From assembly GCF_009914755.1 (NCBI RefSeq), contig NC_060947.1: a stretch of 64,000 nucleotides of DNA; one strand, 5' to 3'. This stretch comes from the human T2T-CHM13v2.0 reference genome, Homo sapiens. Below are positions 47,283 through 64,000 of this stretch, piece after piece; the stretch's first letter is position 1, and every line of letters begins with the position of its first letter. A program made the position numbers and the translations under genes. The notes beneath the pieces were generated by a model that was not told the origin of the DNA, ran no database searches, and was given only the letters and a program-made list of their open reading frames with translations.

Positions 47283-47773
47283 CTAATTCATGGTAAGAAG
47301 AGAATCATTGGGACCTGGGTGCTAGGAAAGTTCTCTTTTCAAATGACTCAGGGACTATCGAATTAGACGTATAAGAAAGAAATATAATCCTAGCATTCCT
47401 CTTCTTGACCTGGCACTGAAAATATTTACATAGACTTTCTAATGTGAATTTTTGTTTTTGCTTTTCAGGTTTTAGCGTCAACCTATACACAAAACATGGA
47501 AGGATAGGTTTTTGTTGCTGGATGGGACACATTTCTCTCCTCTTTCTGTGTAGCAAGAGTTAACTCCAGCAGGCCTGGGTGTTCCTGCAGGTGGTATTGG
47601 GGACCCCCACACCTGATATATGACCATGTATGTAACACCATCCACTGTTATCTTTAGTTCTTTGTATGTTTAAATAATACATTTAAATCTCTTGTTCCAT
47701 TAGCTTTCACTAGTAAAGTTATCTTTGACCATTTTGCATCAGCTACACTTTAATTTTACATTGTCGGGGTTAC

Positions 47774-47916
<143 letters not shown>

Positions 47917-47919
47917 CTC

Positions 47920-48123
47920 CAGGGTGCCACACACTCTTAAACAACCAGATCTGGTGAGAATTCACTCACTATTGTGGGGATAGCACCAAGAGGATGGTGC
48001 TAAATCATTCATGAGAAACCCACCCCCGTGAACCAATCACCTCCCACTTGGCCCCACCTCCAACAGTGGGGATTACAATTCAACATGAGATTTGGGTGGG
48101 GACACATATCCAAATCATATCAG
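47920..48123. mobile_element. MaLR LTR fragment (MST-like)
   Basis: aaacaaccagatct...gattacaattcaacatgagatttgggtggggacaca...atatca. Confidence 0.8.
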
Positions 48124-49135
48124 TCTCCAAGTGACTATTTCATCAGTTTAGAGTCGCCCCAGGAAAACAGAAACCACTTCGACTTAGGGCACTAAATACC
48201 AGGGAAAGGGTACCCAGGACTACTTGGAGGTTGATAGGGGATCAGCACAGCCCACCCGAGGTTGGGGGGCCACAGAGAGAAGGCCTAGAACCACAGGGGC
48301 CTTTTGGTAGGAGCTGCAGCTGCCGCCGAGCTGCTCCCCCCACTTCTTCTTCCCTCTAGTCTCCGGCTCGGGTCTCCTATGGTCAAACCCAGCCAGAAAC
48401 CAGCTGAGCCTGGATCCTGGGACAGGCAGGCAACAGGACCTGCCCCTGCAGGGTGAGGGAGAGGGAAGGCCAGATTTCTTTTTAAAGACTTTATATTTTA
48501 GAGCACTATTAGGTTCACAGCAAAATTGAGAGGAAGGTACAGAGAATTCCCATATTCTCCCTGTTTCCATAGTTTTATCTTTTCCAGAATGTCATAGAGT
48601 TGAAATCCTACAGTCTGTAGCCTCTTCAGATTGCCTTCTTTCACTTTGTAATATGCATTTAAGCTTCTTTCAATGTTTTTTCATGGCTTGAGAGCTCATT
48701 TCTTTTTAGCACTGAATGATATTCCATCAACTGGATATACCACCGTTTATTTATCCATTCACCTACTGAAAGGCATCTTGATTACTCCCAAGTTTGAGCA
48801 ATTATGAATAAAGCTGCTATAAACATCCATGTGCAGGTTTTTGTGTGGACATAACTTATCAACTCCTTTGGGTAAATACCAAGGAGTGTGATTGCTGGAT
48901 CATCTGGCAAGTGTATGTTTAGTTTTATAAGAAACCACCAAACTGTCTTTTAGGGTGGCTATACCATTTTGCTCTCCCACCAGCAAGGAATGAGTTTCCA
49001 TTGCTCCACATCCTCACCAGCATTTGGTGTTATCAGTGTTCTGGATTTTGGCCATTCTAGTAGGTGTGTACTGGCGTCTCATTGTTGCTTTAATTTGCAT
49101 TTCCCTGATAATGTATGATATGGAGCATCGTCTGA

Positions 49136-49696
<561 letters not shown>

Positions 49697-49961
49697 TAAT
49701 TGATTTTTGAATGTTGAGCCAGCCTTGCCTACTTGGGATAAATCCTACTTGGTCATAGTCATAATTCTCTGTATACATTGTTGAATTCTATTTGTTAATC
49801 CTTTGTTGAAGATTTTTGCATCTATGTTCATTAGGGATATTGGTCTATAGTTTTCTTGGTATGTCTTCTGGTTTTGACATCAAGGTGATGCTAGCCTCAT
49901 AGAATGCATTAGGAAGTATTCTCTCAGCTTCTTCTGAAAGAGATCATAAAGAGCTGGTATA

Positions 49962-50254
49962 CAGTTATGCATCACTTAATGATGGGGATATGTTCCAGGA
50001 AATGCATCATTAGGCAATTTCATTATTGTGTGAACATCACAGAGTGTACTTATACAAACTTAAATTGTAGCCTATATGGATTAGCTTATTGCTCCCAGTC
50101 TACAAACCTGTACAGCATGTTCATGTACTAATTTTGTTGGCAATTGTGACACAATGGTAAGTATTTGTGTATCTAAACATATCCTAAGCATTGTAATCCC
50201 CATCATATATGTGGTCTGTCATTGAGTGGAAGGCTCTGATGTGCCACATGACTG
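49962..50254 (+). mobile_element. Tigger3a-like DNA transposon
   Basis: TIRs cagttatgc...ccacatgactg with TA duplications; homologous to 16214-16550. Confidence 0.82.
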
Positions 50255-50370
50255 TAATTTCTTCCTTAAATGTTTGGTAGAATTCAACAATGAACCCATC
50301 TGGGCCTGGTGCTTTCTTTTTTGGAAGGTTATTAATTATTGATTCAATTTCTTTAATAGGTATAGGCCTA

Positions 50371-50686
<316 letters not shown>

Positions 50687-51019
50687 ATATAGGCCTATTC
50701 AGATTGTTTATTTCTTCTTGTGTGAGTTTTGGCAGATTGTGTCTTTCAAGGAATGGATTCATTTTATGTAGATTCCAAATTTGTGGGCATAGAGTTGTTC
50801 ATAGGATTTCTTTATTATCCTGTTAATGTCCATGGGATCCACAGTGATGTTCTCTCTTTCATTTCTGATACTAATAATTTGTGTTCTCTATTTTTTTCCT
50901 AGTTAGCGAGAGCCATACAAATTGTATTATTCTTTTCAAAGAACCAGCTTTTGATTTCATTGATTTTCTCTATTAATTTACTGTTTTTAATTTTATTGAT
51001 TTCTGCTATAATTTTTACT

Positions 51020-51165
51020 TTAAATTTTATTTTATTTTTATTTTCTGTAGAGATAGGGTCTCACTATGTTGCCCAGGCTGGTCTCAAACTCCTGAGCTCA
51101 AGCAATCCTTCTGCCTCAGCCTCCCAAAGCACTGAGATTACAGGCATGAGCCACAGTGCCTGGCC
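51020..51165 (-). mobile_element. FLAM_C-like monomer
   Basis: Reverse left arm. Confidence 0.75.
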
Positions 51166-51864
51166 TGCCATAATTTTTATTATTCCTTTTCTTCTGCTTA
51201 CTTTGAATTTAATTTGCTCTTCTTTTTCTAGTTTCCTAAGGTGGAAGCTTAGATTATTCATTTTAGATCTTTCTTCTTTTCTAATATATGCAGTCAATGC
51301 TATAAATTTCCCTCTAAGCACTGCATTCACAGCATCCCACACATTTTAGTAAGCTGTGTTTTCATTTTCATTTAGTTCAAAATACTTATAAATTTCTCTT
51401 GAGATTTCTTCTTTTACCCATGTGTTATTCAGACACATGTTGTTTAATCTTCAAGTATTTGGGGACTTCCAGTTATCTTTCTGTTATTCATTTCTTGTTT
51501 AATTCCAATGTGGTCTGAGAGAAAACACTGTGTGATTTTATTCTTTTACATTTGTTAAGGTGTGCTTTATGGCCCAGAATGTGGTCCATCTCGGTGAATG
51601 TCCCACGGGAGCTTGAGAAGAACATGTACTCTGCTGCTGTTGGATAAAGTATTCTATAGATGTCAATTATATTAGGTTGATTGATGGTGTTGGTGAGTTC
51701 AACTATGTCCTTCCTGATTTTCTGCCTGCTGGATCTGTTAATTTCTGACAGAGGGGTATTGAAGTCTCTAACTTTGTCAATGGACTCATCAATTTCTCCT
51801 TGTCGTTCTACCAGTTTTTGCCTCATGTATTTGAACACTTTGTTGTTAGGCACTTACATATTGA

Positions 51865-52208
<344 letters not shown>

Positions 52209-52409
52209 TGTAATGCCCTTTTTTATCCATGATAACTTTCCTTGCTTTGAAGTCTGCTCTGTCTGAAATTAATATAGCTGCTGCTTGCTTTCTTTTGATT
52301 ATCTGTTAGCATGATATATCTTTCTCCATCCACTTACCTTTAATCTACAGGTGTCTACATGTCAAATGGGTTTCCTGTAGACAACATATAATTGGGTCAT
52401 GTTTTGTGA

Positions 52410-52760
<351 letters not shown>

Positions 52761-55594
52761 TAATTGGTGTACTTAAACTATTGACATTTAATGATATTTG
52801 GTGCTGTTTTCTAATTTTTGCTTTTGTTTCTATTTTTGTTTTCTGCTCCTTTTCTTCCTTTTGTGGTTTTAATTGAGCATTTCATATGATTCTATTTTCT
52901 CTCCTTTCTCAGCATATCAGCTATACTTCTTTTTTAATACCTTTTTTAGCAGATGCCCTAGAGTTTGCCATATACATTTACAACTAATCCAAGCCCACTT
53001 CCAAATAACACTGTACCACTTCCCAGGTAGTGTGAGTACCTTATAATAACACAATAATCTTAATGCTTCCCTCTCATCCCTGCGCCATTGCTGTCATTCA
53101 TTTCACCTGTATATTAGGCTACATAATCAAATAGATTGTTGCTATTATTATTTTGAAGAAAATGTTAGCTGTTAGATCAATCAGGAATAAGAAAAATAAA
53201 CGTTTTTCTTTTACTTTCATTTATTCCCTCTCTGATGCTCTCCTTTCCTTACATATATCCAAGTTTCTACCCTATGTCATTGTCCTTCTCTTTAAAGGAC
53301 TTCTTTTACCATTTCCTGCAATGCAGGTCTACTGGCAACACATTTTCTCAATATTTATTTGTCTGAGAAAGTCTTTATTCTCCATCACTCTTGAAGGATA
53401 ACTTCCGGGAGTACAGAATTCTAGGTCGGTGCAGAGTCTCTCTCAACACTGAAAACATTTCACTCTGCTCCTTCCTTGCTTCCAGGGTTTCTGAGAAGTT
53501 GGAGGTAATGATTTCAAAATGGTTCCTTTTCCCTCCCCCTGCCAGAAGCATGAGGAAGTTATTCTCTGATATTTACTGTGAGAACCTGGTCAAGCTCCTG
53601 GAGGTAAAACTCACAAAAGTGTGCTCACCCCATCAGTGGCCACCCCTGAAGTTTTTCGCTCTGAAATTTGTCCATACCTAGCCTCCAGCAATTCGTCAAT
53701 TACAGTTCAGGTCTCCCCTCCAGCAGTGGTTCCCACGGATGTTTCTGCCCAGTCGTGATTCTCTGTATCCACCTGTCTGTCTCTCCAACTTCCAGGGCAG
53801 TGGAAGTGAGCTTTTCTTATAGGTCTAAGAAAAGCTGTTGATTTTTCGGTTTGTTCAGCTTTTCACTTGTTGTTACCCCACAGCTTTAGACATTTTGGCT
53901 TTCTCACAGTTCTCCATCTACGTGGCTTTCCTGCTCACCGCCACTGTTCAGACCGCTGTTGCTCCTCGCATCTGAGTTTGCTAGACTTGGTTCCAGAATG
54001 TTTCCTTCCAGATAATCACTTATTTCGAAAATGGGGATGATTTCCTGTGAACCAGCTACTGACTTATGCCCTATGGCCCTGCCATTCCAAGAAAAGGGTC
54101 ACTGGTTTGTCCCTCAGAAGTGCCAGTTAATTGAACAACTGTCTGAACTCTTCAGAGACCCATCTGCTCTCAGCAACCTCTTTCAGTTTGGGTGAATAAA
54201 TGTAAATTAATGAAAAAAGTAGTAATGGTGTCTGGCAAAGCAGAACTCAAAGAACATTAAATGGTATCAAAAAAGTATAATTTTATGTCAATAAGGAGAC
54301 CACTTTGCCATAAAGAGGTAACTGTAATGAATCTTTATGAACCGGGCAGCATTTATTAGAGAAAGCACAATTTGCTGGAAGTAGGTGAAGAAGAAATGGG
54401 CAGAAGTATGACACAGTCTTTTTCTTGGGGCAAAACCAAGAGAAGGAAACAAGCTGGCTAAAACTATGTGTCAAACTGTGTACACTACAGAGAATGTGCG
54501 CTATCTAGTTCCAAGGACAAATTTACAAAGGAGGATAATATATCATGCTGCAAAGGAAATCAGAATCAATTACTCAAATGGCCTTGGCCACTGAGAAACC
54601 CTCTCCATCCAGCACATATGGAACAGCAGCTGCCACTGCCACTGCTACCTGGTCCTGCTCTCCGCCTTAGCTCTGCCTTCCTTCCAAGCACCTATCGCTA
54701 CTGAACGTTCCAGATTCTAGAGGTGTTCACTTTGGTCTTCTCCGCTCAAAGGAGCGTGCCCCAAGAACAGGGCTCAAGCCAGCATCTGGAAGTGCCTGGC
54801 CCATCCTCGGCACTCACATGTCAGTTCACTGAATGAATAACTTCCGCAAACACACTTGCACCTCTCTTGCCTTTGTTATCGGTGTCAAGGAGGAAATGGC
54901 ATCTTTGCGGATTTCTTCAGTGTTCTAGCCCCAGAGTCTAGCATGACAGGCAGTGGGAGGGTTGTGAGTTTAGATGGAGTGACAGGGAAGTCTCGCTTTG
55001 TAGAAATGCACAAGAAAGGTGATGCATAGAAAACCAAGTGGTGAGTAAGGAAAGGGCAACCGCTTGCCCTTTCTCTAGGCCAAGGCTCCCAGGAGAAGGA
55101 AGCTGGACGGAGTTTCTGGGTCACGGCCTGGCCTCGGCTTCCCTGACAGTTCATTTCTGGGAAAGCCAGTGGGCAAGGTTGTTAGCGACTCCTGGGAAAC
55201 AGGGGTCTGCAGTCGTGCACCTGACAGGGCTGGGATGGGAACCAGAGACTGCACACCTCTGTCTCTAAGTCACACTTTGCCGTTCCAGGCTGGCTGCCCT
55301 CAAGCCTGGGAGCTGGTCAGGCTGAACCCTCCTCCCGGGGTCTCCTTTGTGTCTCCTGTCTGTTGGCACTGGTGTCCCTGTAGCCCTTGTCGTCTTGTTC
55401 TTGTCTACCCCCTGAGTTTGGCGCACTGAGAAAGAGTGTGTGGGAGAGAAATGTTTGAGAACGTGCATGTCTGACAACCTTCTGTCCACTGATGCCGTTG
55501 ATGATGTGGCTACATGTGGAATTCTAGGTTGGAAATGATTTTCCTCCAGCATTTGGAGGGAATTGCTCCATTAGCTCCAGGTGTTGCCATTGCA

Positions 55595-55621
55595 GTGTGT
55601 GTATTGTGTGTGTGTGTTTGC

Positions 55622-55658
<37 letters not shown>
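55595..55658 (+). repeat. (TG)n microsatellite
   Basis: Read directly. Confidence 0.9.
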
Positions 55659-55659
<1 letters not shown>

Positions 55660-56737
55660 ACATACATTACCTGTATATTATAATGTTTAGACATCTTTTC
55701 TAAAAACTCCAAAAACGAAAACAAAAAAACTCTTTCTGGCTGGAGAGACTGTCCTCCCAGGGCCAGCCAATTCTTAGAGAGAAGGAAGGGCCCTGCTGCT
55801 AACAGGCCTTTGGTGTGCAGACTGAGCAGCCCAGGCCCTTTCGTCCTCCCTCTGCCTTCATCATCCCAGAGCCAGGCGCCAGGCAACCAGGGACAAGCCC
55901 TGTGCCCTTAAGCTCTTTAAACTGCTGGCCTTGCCTTTGCTGTGGAAACCCCAGTAAAGGCTCTGGCCTCAGTCTTCCTGTCGCCCCTGTATTCTGCCTC
56001 CCGACCCCCTGGTGCTTCCCCATGGGGCCTCGTGTGCCGGGCCGTGTCTCCCATGTCTAGGACCTGTGAGGATGATCGACTCTTTTTTCCTGAGCCTGTG
56101 CTGTTTCTCACTTGACTGACCGTTTCATTACAAAAATATAAGCCGGCCATTCTGCTTCCTGCCTCTACACTGAACTCTCCTTGGAAGCTCGTTGAACCTT
56201 CCTCATGTCCTCCGTGCTCTGAGATGTCATGGTGATGTGCCTGGGGGAGGCTCTGTTGTCAGCCACACGCAGGGCATACTGTGGGCCTTTTCCATTTGGC
56301 AGCTCCTGCCTTTCAGTCTGGGAGAACGACAAGAAGCTCTGGGGACATCAGATTCCCTAGAGAAGACACTTGTAACAAGCTGCCTGGAGGGCCGGGACCT
56401 GGTTGCAGAGATCTGGGAGCAGAGCAGGGGAGGGGACGTCGCTCAGTGCTTGCAGGCAGTGCCGGCTCACAGCGTCGCTCTGCTCCGGGTACAATTTCAC
56501 TGCCTTCAATTGGACCTGGTGTCCCACAGTTCACTGACTCCTTTGCCCTCTCCAGAGAATAAAGTCCCCCATTTCTGTCAGGATGGAGGAGGCACAGTTG
56601 CCCAGGGGCACACGGGCAGAGAGGTTTGCCTGGGACTGAGGGCGTTCAGAGGACATGGGGCTGGCAGCACTGAAAGTGGCTGGGACAATAGGTTACCCTA
56701 GCACCCGGAGCTCAGAGTGCTTAGTAACCATTAGTAA

Positions 56738-57067
<330 letters not shown>

Positions 57068-57319
57068 ACCTTCACCCAGTCCTCTTTATTTTAGTGCCCC
57101 CTCCGCCCCCAGCTCCAGTTTCTGGGCCCTGGGCTCCCTCTCTGCAGCTTGCCCTCTGACATTCGGAGAGCTGTTTGTCCGGCTCTCCAAACCTTGTTCC
57201 TGTTGTGTCATCCCCTGCCCTTCCCATTCATGTCGAGTTATGCCCCTTTTTTTCTCCCCAAAGCTGCTTTACTACAGCTTTACTGTTCAATCTGCATTCT
57301 CGACCCAGAATTAACCTCT

Positions 57320-57760
57320 CTGTGAATTTTTATATTCATAGCAGCTTTATTTGTAGTAGTTCTGACTGGAAACAACTCAAACGTCCTTCAGAGGGTGAAT
57401 GATAAATTGTGGTACATCCATGCAAAGGAATACTATTCAGCAACCAAAAGGAATATGATATTCAAGCAGGCAACTACCTAAATGCATGTCAAAATAATTA
57501 CACTGAAAGAGGCCACATTGAGAGGATATACTGTATGATTATATGGAACTCTAGAACATACAAACTAATCTATAGTGACAGAAAGCTGATCGGGGTTGCC
57601 CGGAGATTGGGATACGGGGAGTGTTGGGAGGGAGGATTTACAGAGATGCAGGAGGAAGCTCTTAGGGTTGATAGCTATGTTCATTACCTTGATTGTGGTG
57701 GTTTTAAGGGTGCATACCTGTGTCAAAATGGACCAAATGGTATACTTTATGTTATTTATT
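57320..57760 (+). mobile_element. L1M 3' end fragment
   Basis: aattgtggtacatccatgcaaaggaatactattcagcaa...tatgttcattaccttgattgtggtg. Confidence 0.7.
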
Positions 57761-57764
57761 TTTT

Positions 57765-58227
57765 AAAATTAGAGATGGGGGTCTCACTATGTTGCCCAGG
57801 CTTCCCTATGTTTGTTGCCCAGGCTGGTCTTAAACTCCTGGGCTCAAGCAATCCTCCTGCCTTAGCCTCCGGAGTAGCTGGGATTACAGGCGCATGCCAC
57901 GGTGCCCAGCAAAATTATATACTTTATTATTATCATTATTTTAGAGATAGGTCTCACTCTGTCTCCCAGGCTGGAGTACAGTGGCAATCATAGTTTACCG
58001 TAACCTTGAACTCCTGGGCTCAAGTGATCCTCCTGCCTTGGCCTTCCAAGTTGCTGGGGCCACAAGTGCATGCCACAATGCCTGGCTAGTTTTTAAATTT
58101 TTTGTAGCAACTAGGCTTCCCTATGTTTGTTGCCCAGGCTGGTCTCAAACTCCTGGCCTCAAGCAATCCTCCTGCCTCAGCCTCCCAAAGTGCTGAGATT
58201 GCAGGTGTGAGCCACCACACCCAGCCT
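57765..58227 (-). mobile_element. FLAM monomer (57765-57910) and AluJ (57940-58227)
   Basis: Two adjacent reverse Alu-family elements. Confidence 0.82.
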
Positions 58228-58469
58228 CTGTATACTTTAAGCAACACACACTTTGTTTTATGTAGGCTATACCTTGATAAGGCTGTTTGAAATAGAGTGC
58301 ATCAAATATATTGCGCAGTTTAAAGAACAATTCTAAATTGAACACCCATGCAACCATTTGCTTACCCCTAGTAATGGAGCTATTCTCATTTTATTCTTAA
58401 AGATTCATCGTTTTGCCCTTCATATTTAGGTTTTCAATCTGTGTAAAATTGATTTTTGTAATGGTGTGA

Positions 58470-59362
<893 letters not shown>

Positions 59363-59426
59363 TAATTTTTCTTCTTTAACATTAATTTGGTTAATTACAA
59401 TAAATGATTTTATATTATTAAACTAA

Positions 59427-59784
<358 letters not shown>

Positions 59785-60589
59785 AGTCACCATGTATTAT
59801 CTTTTTTACATATTGCTAGTATTCTGTTTGGGATTTCTGAATCTCTGCCTACAAGTGAAGTTGGCTTATAATTTTCTTTCTCATAATGTCCTTGACAGGT
59901 TTTGGTTTCAAGGTTATGTTTGCCTTCTAACAAGAGTGGAGCCTCTTTTTCTTAATTCTCTGAAAGAGTTTGTGTAAAATTAGAACTATTGCTTCTTGAA
60001 TATTTGATAGATCTTGCTGATGAAGTCATCTAGGCCTAGAGTTTGGTTTGAACGGAAGATATTTTATTACTAACAAAAAATTTATAATTATATGACTATT
60101 TAGGGTCTTTGCTTTTTCTTGAGTCAATACTGGTAATTTCTTTTTCTAGGACTTTGTTCATTTCAACTGTATTTTCAAATGTATTGGCACAAAGTTATTC
60201 ACAATAGCCATTACTTTAAAATCCTGTCTGCATCTGTGGTTATAGCCATTTTCCATTCATAGTATAGTTTCCATGTGCCTTTTCTCTTGTTTCTCTCAAT
60301 GAGGACTGTAAATGTCATTAGTCCTGCCAGGGAAGCTTCTGCCTCTGACAGGCGTCACTGCTTTGCTCCCTGCTCTAAGGAGTCACCTGTGTGAAGTTTT
60401 TCCTTTTCCCATCAATCATGTCGCCATCCTCCTGGCAACAGTATAGATTGGTGTCTGACGTAGGAATGACACAAAGACCCCATCCAAAAGTAGCCAAACT
60501 TTATTTCAAGCTTAAGAAAATGCATATTTTCTCCAAACTTAAGCAGAACATTGTTATGAGAAAAAAACTGGACTTTCTTGCACTGTATT

Positions 60590-60894
60590 TCTTTTTTAGG
60601 GGGAGGGGGGAAGGGGAGATGGAGTCTCGCTCTGTCGCCCAGGCTGGAGAGCAGTGGTGCGATCTTGGCTCACTGCAACCTCCGCCTCCTGGGTTCAAGC
60701 AGTTCTCTGCCTCAGCCTCCCAAGTAGCTAGGATTACAGGCGCCCACCATCACGCCCGGCTAATTTTTGTATTTTTAGTAGAGACAGGGTTTCACCATGT
60801 TGGCCAAGCTGGTCTTGAACTCCTGACCTCATGATCCACCCGCCTCGGCCTCCCAAAGTGCTGGGATTACAGGCGTGAGCCACCGCACCCGGCC
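60590..60894 (-). mobile_element. AluS
   Basis: TSD tcttgcactgtatttct. Confidence 0.9.
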
Positions 60895-62439
60895 TCTTGC
60901 ACTGTATTTCTGTTGGAAGATCACAACCATGTTGCTCATTCTTTCTTATTAAGATTCCCATATCTGGTGTTTCTTGGAGATGTATCTAGGTCAACATGAC
61001 CCAGGTTTAACCCAAACAACTCATAAAAACATGGCAGACTTTTAGCCCTTGGGAAATGAACTTGCTTTGGCCCTACTGAAGAGACTCATTTAAACCCTCC
61101 TCTTCCTCTGAAGCCTGTCCCTGAGAACTCCACCTTCCCTTTCTCTTTTCAGGCTGCCTGGCTGCACTTGGACCTACGCTCATCATCTCTTTGGCTGTTT
61201 CCATTGTTTAGAGGTTCCCCTCAATGTCCCTGGCCTCAGGATAGCTGCCACTGGAGCACAGCCCTGGCCTGGGAAGTCCCAGCAGGACCCCAGAGGCTCC
61301 TTGAGTCTCTTACCTTCCTTCCCAGGAGGACTGTCACTGAGGGGGGAGCCGAACTTTGGTCACAGCAATTGAGCTGCTTTCTAAGCTCTCATCTGTCCAA
61401 GTGTGATGTCCACTGGAAGTTTCTGGTCCTTTGGCCCATTTTGATTAGTTCCTCTTGTCTTCCAGGGTGAGAGACCAAAAGTCCTGTTTCTGTAAATCAT
61501 GGCTGTGTGCCAGTATACAAAACTGACAAGACCCCTTAGGACATTTGTCTTCCAATTTTGAAACCGGAAGCCTGGATGAAGTGTCCTGTCTCCCAGATTG
61601 AAATCTTGGAAAACCTGTTTGTGACACCATTGGTTATCTTCTCTGTGCTTCCCGTCTGTGGCCAGAATTGTGCCCAAGAGCCTGGGCCAGAGCCAGCCGA
61701 GTAGCCCTGCCCTGTGGACCCAGGGGTCTTTTTATAGTTAACTTGTAGCTACAGCTGGAGAACTGGTTCTGCCTGTCTTCTGTGGTTTCCTGGCTGTGCA
61801 CACTACTGAGTCGTCACCGAAGGGGATCAGGGCTTGTTCCGTGCCTGTGTTCTCCAGGGAACAGGATCACAAGACAGCTGTCCCCGGGATAATGGACTCT
61901 TGGGAAGAATTTGGCTCCTGGGGGGGGTGGCTCGAGGGCACCCGAGACATCTCAATCATGGTCATGCGGGTCTGAGTCTTGTACTGGGAGGGAAGCGAGT
62001 GAGTGGTGGCCAGCTCGGCCTGTCTGGCCCCCATGAGACTGACCTCTACTTGAACTCCTTGAGGCTGGTCCTTCTGCTCTGAATAACTAGAGAAATCCCA
62101 GGAAAATACATACATTGGATTGCATGGAATAAGGTGATGGGATGGCAGAAGAAGCTGTGGGAGCCAGTGTGAGCTTCAAGCTTCAGCACTGAATAGCAGC
62201 TCATCCTCCATCCACACTTTCTGTAGTGCTGTGCACAGTAGGGAGCAGCCCCTCTGCCTGCCAGTCCTTACCTGGGGGTTCCTGAGCTGACCAACTCTGT
62301 AGGGACACCGTGAAACTCTGTAGCCATCAAAGACCCTCAGTCCGGGCACAGTCACAGGGGAGGGACTCATGTCCTCAGGGGAGGCCTCCTTGACACTCTC
62401 CAGCATGCTGGAGGGTTTGATGAGATTCTTCTGCTGGGT

Positions 62440-62617
62440 GGCTGGGCGTGGTGGCTCATGCCTGTAAACCCCAACCCTTTGGGAGGCTGAAGTGGGAGGA
62501 TCACTTAAACCCAGGAGTTTGAGGCTGGAGTCAGCTATAATCATGCCACTACACTCCAGCCTGCGTGACGGAGCAAGACCTTGTCCCTAAATTTTTTTTT
62601 AAATTAAAAAAAAAAAG
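62440..62617 (+). mobile_element. FRAM/FAM-like Alu monomer
   Basis: Single arm with tail. Confidence 0.75.
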
Positions 62618-63127
62618 ACGATCCTGCTGGGTGATGGTGGCTTTTTTTCTGTACAGCTAGAACTAGAGTAAAGGGGAGGAGTTTCCCCCAAAGGATACTT
62701 TTGCCCATTTGCAAAGGAAATGAATGAATGAAGATGCTGAGGCTCTCCCAGCTGATGGAACCACTATTCTGATTGATTGGCTTCAAAGACTCACCAGAGA
62801 AAAACATTTTAAAATGTAGGGCCAAACCTCTGATACTATAAAAGTGCTGGCCTTTTAAGACAAACTCTCAAAGTTAGAGTTTCCCCACGGTGAGAATCTC
62901 TCCACACAGTTGGGGACTGGGCAGCTACCCCAGCTGGGCACTAGAGGCCTGGGCCACCCTCACACCCTGGTCAGTGGTAGCACGGGGGCTGCCAGACCTC
63001 ATCAAAAGCTTGACTTTTCTTTGACTTCCAGGAGGAGGAACCCTGTGAGGCACTGCTCCACTCCCTGCATGGTTGAGGACAGGTGGGAGAGGGGAGGCTA
63101 CAATCAGGCTTCAAGGTTATTAGGATG

Positions 63128-63450
63128 GGCCGGGCGCGGTGGCTCACGCCTGTTATCCCAGCACTTTGGGAGGCCAAGGTGCGCGGATCACTTGAGGTCG
63201 GGAGTTCGAGACCAGCCCGGCCAACATGGTGAAACTGCTTCTCTACTAAAAATACAAACATTAGCCGGGCGTGGTGGTGAGCACCTGTAATCCCAGCTAC
63301 TCGGGAGGCTGAGGAGGCTGAGGCAAGACAATCGCTTGAACCTGGGAGGCGGAGCTTGCAGTGAGCTGAGATCATGCCACTGCACTCCAACCTGGGCAAC
63401 AGAGAGAGACTCCGTCTCCAAAAAAAAAAAAAGAAAAAGAAAAAAGGAGA
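63128..63450 (+). mobile_element. AluS
   Basis: TSD ggttattaggatgg. Confidence 0.9.
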
Positions 63451-64000
63451 AACGGTTATTAGGATGGTCCTGGGATGGAGAGAACCAGGGACAGTAAGGG
63501 CCTGGCCAGGGTAGGGCAGCTGCTGCAGGAACAGCAACCCAGCAACTGGCCACACAGAGGGCGAGTGACCCCTGGGCGGACTGATGGGCCACACCACAGG
63601 CCACACCACGGACCACAGGCCACACCCAGAGAGCTAGTCCTGGGGCAGGGAGCGCCTCTGAGCAGGAAATGACAGAGGAAGTTTCTGGTGCAGCTTTACT
63701 GATAAGGAAACAAACAAAGACTGTGTGATAGCAATCAGAAAACATTTCAGTCAAGCAGAGTGGAAGGAAGACTGCTTTATCTTTCTGTTCCCTCTAGTGA
63801 GAATTATGTCACAATATCATTGTCAGATGAAGATGCGATCTAACACTATGCAGCCAAAATGTGGGGAAAAAAGATAACACAGGTAGCTTCAGTACAAAAT
63901 ATAATAGGAACAAAAACATTGTACTTTGCTGCCTTTTGTTGTATTTGTCAGCTTTTTAAAATTTGTAATTTGTTGTGATTTCTTATCTTTTTCTAAATGA

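Noticed and set aside
51064-51853. Endonuclease-like ORFs
   Set aside because: Decayed L1 ORF2 fragments, not a host gene
56001-56015. CTCF-like motif GCACCAGGGGGTCGG (minus strand)
   Set aside because: Mismatches in the core; cannot be called without a PWM scan or ChIP data

Overview
Human (primate) genomic DNA containing the 5' end of MECP2 (Xq28) on the minus strand. It includes a CpG-island promoter (~36.3-37.8 kb), exon 1 (CDS 37262-37323, [21 protein letters not shown], e1 isoform), a 5296-nt intron 1, the 124-nt alternative exon 2 (31842-31965, MVAGMLGLR start of e2) and the first ~31.8 kb of intron 2. Exons 3-4 lie off the left edge. The right ~26 kb is upstream intergenic DNA with no recognisable gene. 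Most of the window is interspersed repeat: about 65 Alu/FLAM copies including a human-specific AluYb, plus L1, L2, MaLR LTR and Tigger/Charlie fossils. Nearly all ORF-track entries are repeat read-throughs. The most interesting signal is in the repeat-poor zone around exon 2 (30.1-38.4 kb): (1) an 18-nt intronic antisense copy of the exon 2 5' splice site; (2) a nested U/A hairpin next to that donor; (3) three related hairpin-like elements in intron 1, two sharing an exact 22-mer, also partly complementary to the exon 2 end; (4) a candidate in-frame poison exon. Together these suggest a possible RNA-structure system controlling e1/e2 splicing. This is inference from hand-folding, untested, and I could not check novelty. 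Repeat boundaries and subfamilies are by-eye estimates.
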